Shown here: piece by piece, positions 29,101-32,000 of the stretch
Position numbering within the stretch: position 1 is the first letter of the stretch
Layout of the letters: each line of letters begins with the position of its first letter
Source: Candidatus Arthromitus sp. SFB-mouse-Japan
GTDB taxonomy: Bacteria; Bacillota; Clostridia; Clostridiales; Clostridiaceae
NCBI RefSeq assembly: GCF_000270205.1
Contig: NC_015913.1
Span: 1,530,001-1,562,000, forward strand
Direction: 5' to 3'
DNA length: 32,000 nt
Translations under genes and position numbers: made by a program
Notes under the pieces: generated by a model
Databases searched by the model: none
What the model saw: only the letters and a program-made list of their open reading frames with translations
Told to the model about the DNA's origin: nothing

Positions 29101-29611
29101 TCTGTTCAACCTTATATACTTTTTCATATCCAATAGAAAATATATCATTTATAAACTTTTCAAATTCATACTCCATATTTATATAAATATCAATATCTAA
29201 TTTAATAAACCTACTATTGTTACTCATATATAATGAAATTAAGCTCTCTATAGAAGTGCATATTATCTTATTCTCAGTTGAACACACCTCTCTGAAAGCT
29301 ATAATTCTATCAAATTTTAAATCACTTGAAAACGCCTCTATATTATAAAAAACATTTTCTCTTTCTTGAAAATACACGCAATTATCTGTATAAACTCTTA
29401 TATTTTCATACATTTCTTTAGCCTCATAATTGCTTGCTGATATTACAAAAATTTTCCTATTAATTTTTTCAAATATACCATAAATTATATTAGCCTTAGT
29501 GGAACCGACAAGTCCACATACATCAATATTCTTATTATTTTCTATTGAAAATAATATATTTTGAAATTTTTCAGAATTAAAAATTCTATTATTAATTCCT
29601 TCTAGTTTCAT
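26102..29611 (-). CDS. mfd: Transcription-repair coupling factor Mfd
   Basis: 1169 aa with a UvrB-homology N-terminus, an RNAP-interaction (CarD/TRCF) domain, superfamily-2 helicase motifs GDVGYGKTEVA and DEEQRFG, and a TRG region. Confidence 0.95.
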   Translation of the reverse strand: MKLEGINNRIFNSEKFQNILFSIENNKNIDVCGLVGSTKANIIYGIFEKINRKIFVISASNYEAKEMYENIRVYTDNCVYFQERENVFYNIEAFSSDLKFDRIIAFREVCSTENKIICTSIESLISLYMSNNSRFIKLDIDIYINMEYEFEKFINDIFSIGYEKVYKVEQKGQYAVRGGIIDIFPINFSCAYRIEFFGDTIDNIKSFNVTTQMSIESIQSIKIIQCKEFILNDEEKSKLYENLEKDFREHITGINDLEVKEKLSTKFNFILDKLREGNFYDEYNIIIPYLHKYLSEFFEFMSNSVVLLDEYKKCMETLDIVYDRFISNFDMLLLRGEVLPNQINLLIDKDKLISKVNKINNLSFNLFNYYNKDTIIEFKTKNIIKMDGKISVILNEIKDKLSEDYCVIILSSSEPRCKKLKELLIEYGIESTLCNDINNICNGKVFISLGYLNEGYDFSDFSLYVICDQEIFGYDQQRKQRKSFSSSKKGLTKIRSFYDLKPGDYIVHVNHGIGVYKGIKKIDFQGIERDYLDIEYDKKDKLYVPIEQLDLVQKYIGIEGKSPKVNKLGGSEWIKIKTKTRRSIDEIAYNLVKLYAKRNILKGYAYSKDSTWQSQFEQEFPYVETPDQLLAIEDIKKDMESDKPMDRLLCGDVGYGKTEVALRAMFKAVVDKRQVVFLVPTTILADQHYNNIKKRFEGFPFNVDVLSRFRTTKQQKETLSKLKLGEIDIIVGTHRLLSKDVQFKNLGLLIIDEEQRFGVKHKEKIKEMKESIDVLSLSATPIPRTLHMSMVGVRDISVIDTPPEDRYPVQTFVVEYSDQLVRGAIMKEISRCGQGFFLYNSVENIDKMNIYLQNLVPECRFSVIHGQMGEREIEDILIKFLNKDIDFLVCTTIIETGIDIKNANTIIIHNADKFGLSQLYQLRGRVGRSNKVAYAYLTYKKDRVLSEVAEKRLKTLKDFTELGSGFKVAMKDLEIRGSGNLIGESQHGQMSVVGYDLYCKMLEDAIKMLQGEVTCVEVNTVVDIKIDVYIKDNYIEDEMQKLEIYKKISCIEDKKDISYIKEELMDRFSVIPFEIDNLIKISYIRALGKKLGFSQIKEIGDKILFEYKSKDFLDDYGFNYICNNYQGKVTFNLGDKPCFYYKIDCDDKSVMIDEFIKLLENLIKDVKKQ

Positions 29612-29628
29612 AAAACACCGCCCATTAC

Positions 29629-30183
29629 TTAATTGAACAAATTCATAGCCTCAACTAATTTTCCTTCTATAATCATTCTAATACAAGTAGATATATCTTC
29701 ATATTTACTATCTAACATACGCATTTCATCATATGTGAATTTAGACAACACATAATTAGATAAATCAATATTTTTATTTTCTCCAATTCCTATCTTTATC
29801 CTTTTAAATTTATCAGTATTTATCTTATTAATTATATCTTTTATGCCATTATGACCACCATGAGATCCTCTCTGCTTAATTCTAATCTTTGATACATCTA
29901 AATATATATCATCATAAATAACAAGCAAATCATCAATACTTATTTTAAAGTAATTAATAATTTCAAGCACAGCACTCCCACTTAAATTCATAAAAGTTTT
30001 TGGTTTCATACACATGATATTCTTACCTGAAATAATACCAGTACCATAATATGATGTATCATTTTCATTATCTAAACTAATATTAAGATCTTCACAAATT
30101 CTATCAAGCATAATAAATCCAACATTATGTCGAGTATTATTATATCTACTTCCAATGTTACCAAGCCCAACAATTAAAAACAT
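29629..30183 (-). CDS. pth: Peptidyl-tRNA hydrolase
   Basis: Contains LIVGLGNIGSRYNNTRHNVGF with the catalytic His. The ATG at 30183 (MFLIVGLGN) follows GGAG; the track start at 30207 adds a non-conserved extension. Confidence 0.9.
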   Translation of the reverse strand: MFLIVGLGNIGSRYNNTRHNVGFIMLDRICEDLNISLDNENDTSYYGTGIISGKNIMCMKPKTFMNLSGSAVLEIINYFKISIDDLLVIYDDIYLDVSKIRIKQRGSHGGHNGIKDIINKINTDKFKRIKIGIGENKNIDLSNYVLSKFTYDEMRMLDSKYEDISTCIRMIIEGKLVEAMNLFN

Positions 30184-30204
30184 TAAACTCCAACTCCTAA
30201 ACAT

Positions 30205-30246
30205 CAAAATAAGAGTGCAACAAATAATAAACTAAGTTGCACTCTT
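30205..30246 (-). terminator. Hairpin between the HtrA-like gene and pth (weak terminator or attenuator)
   Basis: Perfect 11-bp arms AAGAGTGCAAC (30211-30221) / GTTGCACTCTT (30236-30246) with a 14-nt loop. One arm encodes the last residues and stop of the HtrA-like gene. The downstream tract ATTTTGATGTTT is only weakly U-rich. Confidence 0.4.
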
Positions 30247-31068
30247 TATAATATCCTGCACAATTTTTATAACATCTCCTGATGAAATATAAGTTGATTC
30301 ACAATCAGATAATTTGAATTTTTCATTTAACGCACAACTACTCATACCAATTATTTCTCCATTTATATTACATATAGGTCCACCTGTATTTAAAATATTA
30401 GTACAAAAATTGCTTTTTATAAACTTCACTTCTCTATCTAAATCATCTTTAAGTATATTTATACCACTAACTACTCCAGGATAAATAGAATACGAATTAA
30501 CCTTTCCAAAAGAATTGCCTATAGAAATAACATTTAAACCATATGATACTTCTGATAAATCTTCTTTTAAATCTCCCTTGGTATAATCATTCCCATTTAT
30601 TTTTAACAAACAAATATCACACTCTTTATCATAACCAATAACTTTCGCTTCCTTTATGAAATCAAGAGCAGTCGGAAATTTCACATAAATCCTATCAGCA
30701 TTCTTAATACCACTAAAATTCGTCAATATGTATCCATCTTCAGAATAAATAATCCCTGTTAAATTATTTTGAAACAAATCTTCACTATCCCTTATATAAG
30801 CATTTACACTAACTATGGATTTATTTATTTTATTCAAAACACTCACTATATTATAATCATACTCGTCTCCAAACCTATCATATCGTATACTATCATACAT
30901 ATCTGAAAAAAATACATTATGCACAAAAACGCTTCCCATTATCCCAAACAAAAAAGAAATTATTGTATTTACTAAAATAACCCACAACATCTTATTTACA
31001 TTTATCATTCTTTTTTGCTTAAATACTATGTGGACCTTATCTCTACGCATATTTTCTCTATTAAACAC
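30232..31068 (-). CDS. Membrane-anchored trypsin/HtrA-fold protein without a PDZ domain and with a degenerate catalytic triad (probable pseudoprotease)
   Basis: 278 aa with a basic N-terminus and one TM helix (MLWVILVNTIISFLFGIMGSVFV). The S1C-like core reads GYILTNFSG (His position), DICLLKI (Asp) and LNTGGP (Ser position). The GTG start at 31068 follows GGGG; an ATG 6 codons later is an alternative. Confidence 0.7.
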   Translation of the reverse strand: MFNRENMRRDKVHIVFKQKRMINVNKMLWVILVNTIISFLFGIMGSVFVHNVFFSDMYDSIRYDRFGDEYDYNIVSVLNKINKSIVSVNAYIRDSEDLFQNNLTGIIYSEDGYILTNFSGIKNADRIYVKFPTALDFIKEAKVIGYDKECDICLLKINGNDYTKGDLKEDLSEVSYGLNVISIGNSFGKVNSYSIYPGVVSGINILKDDLDREVKFIKSNFCTNILNTGGPICNINGEIIGMSSCALNEKFKLSDCESTYISSGDVIKIVQDIIKSAT

Positions 31069-31111
31069 AATAACCCCTACCTAAAATAAAAATTTATAGA
31101 ACTTATTAATA

Positions 31112-32000
31112 TCAACTAGATAATTGCAATGTGAAAATAAAACTAACTCCTTGTTCCTTAGTCCTATTTTCAACCCATATATCTTCTCTAAACTGAGATA
31201 TTATATTCCTAACTATAGATAACCCAAGGCCAGTACTCCCTCTTCTAGTCCTAGACTTATCATTTTTATAAAATCTTACCCAGATATTATTAAATTCATC
31301 CTCACTTAAAAGTTTAGCTGTATTAAAGATATTAACTACAGCTTTATTATTCTTTATTTTTGTAGAAATATTTATTCGTTTCTTATTATCACAATACTTA
31401 ATAGCGTTAGCAATTAAATTATTTAAAACCTGTACAAGTCTATCCTCATCAGCAACAACGTTTATAGAATTTTGTTCAAAAAATACTTCCATAACTATAT
31501 CATTTTGCTCTATCTCCTGCTCAAAATTTTTAACTGTATACTTTATGAGAGAATTTAACTCTATTACTCTTGGTCTTAATGTAAATTTACCAGATTCTAT
31601 AGCAGTTAAATCTAATAAATCATTTACAAGTCTAGATAATCTTTTTACCTCATCATATACGATAGTTAACTTTTCAATATGATCCTTAGGTGATATTATG
31701 CCATCTAAAATACCACTCAAAAATCCTATAATCGTTGTAAGAGGTGTTCTCAATTCATGAGATACATTGGATAAAAACTCCCTCCTATTCGAATCAATTT
31801 TATCTAATGACTCTGCCATGTAATTAAATGAATTTGATAATTCGCCAATCTCATCCTTAGAATTTATATATACTCGCTTACACACATCACCTGAAGCAAA
31901 TCTTTTAGCTGTATTATTTATAATTTCTATAGGTTTAACTAATATCTTCCTTAACAATAAATAGTAAATAACACCAATAATAATCATGAGAAAAATATAT
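31112..32000 (-). CDS. Sensor histidine kinase (HAMP-HisKA-HATPase_c), N-terminus beyond the window edge
   Basis: The reading frame stays open to position 32000 (YIFLMIIIGV... is a TM helix). It has a HAMP region, H-box SNVSHELRTPLTTIIGF, N-box LNNLIANAIKY and G2 box GSTGLGLSIV. The G1 position reads NTAKL instead of DxGxG. Confidence 0.85.
   Translation of the reverse strand, partial: YIFLMIIIGVIYYLLLRKILVKPIEIINNTAKRFASGDVCKRVYINSKDEIGELSNSFNYMAESLDKIDSNRREFLSNVSHELRTPLTTIIGFLSGILDGIISPKDHIEKLTIVYDEVKRLSRLVNDLLDLTAIESGKFTLRPRVIELNSLIKYTVKNFEQEIEQNDIVMEVFFEQNSINVVADEDRLVQVLNNLIANAIKYCDNKKRINISTKIKNNKAVVNIFNTAKLLSEDEFNNIWVRFYKNDKSRTRRGSTGLGLSIVRNIISQFREDIWVENRTKEQGVSFIFTLQLSS

Noticed and set aside
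30211-30246. A possible CIRCE (HrcA) operator. The arms GAGTGCAAC / GTTGCACTC resemble the CIRCE half-sites GAGTGCTAA / TTAGCACTC.
   Set aside because: The half-sites are in the opposite order (GAGTGC...GCACTC, whereas CIRCE is GCACTC...GAGTGC). The spacer is 14 nt, not 9. The element overlaps the 3' end of a CDS and does not lie in a heat-shock promoter. It is better explained as an intercistronic hairpin or weak terminator.

Overview
This window is a very AT-rich (about a quarter G+C by eye), densely packed core chromosomal segment of an endospore-forming Firmicute of clostridial type. About 32 of 35 genes are on the minus strand. Read on that strand, they follow the classic origin-proximal sporulation and housekeeping order. 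A histidine kinase (cut by the window edge) and an HtrA-like protein come first, followed by pth and mfd. Two tandem prsA genes, spoVT and a yabM/spoVB-like flippase come next, followed by hup, yabO, yabP, yabQ, divIC and yabR. A tRNA-Leu/fMet/Met cluster separates these from spoIIE, tilS, hpt and ftsH. The order continues with dusB, greA, lysS, a compact clpX-like gene and glyQS. It ends with yaaO-like decarboxylase, tmk, holB and yaaT (cut by the window edge). A three-gene plus-strand islet (corA-like, ldcA, murD) sits between glyQS and the decarboxylase. I found no CRISPR array, mobile element, rRNA, riboswitch or T-box, and no recognisable defence or toxin system. By content this is an ordinary conserved region, not an accessory island. 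What merits a second look is a set of conserved-family proteins with altered signature motifs. (1) A membrane-anchored trypsin/HtrA-fold protein has lost both the catalytic His and Ser. (2) The histidine kinase directly upstream of it has a degenerate G1 (DxGxG) ATP-lid box, so the two may form a degenerate signalling pair. (3) A short ClpX-like unfoldase has an acidic stretch in place of the RKH loop. (4) A CorA-family channel carries GSN instead of GMN. There are also some nucleotide-level oddities: a 13-9-13 perfect palindrome over the predicted spoIIE promoter, an initiator tRNA with a U1:A72 pair, and a repeated C-rich motif in the largest intergenic gap. All functional calls come from reading the supplied translations and my own hand translation and motif matching. 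No database search was possible.
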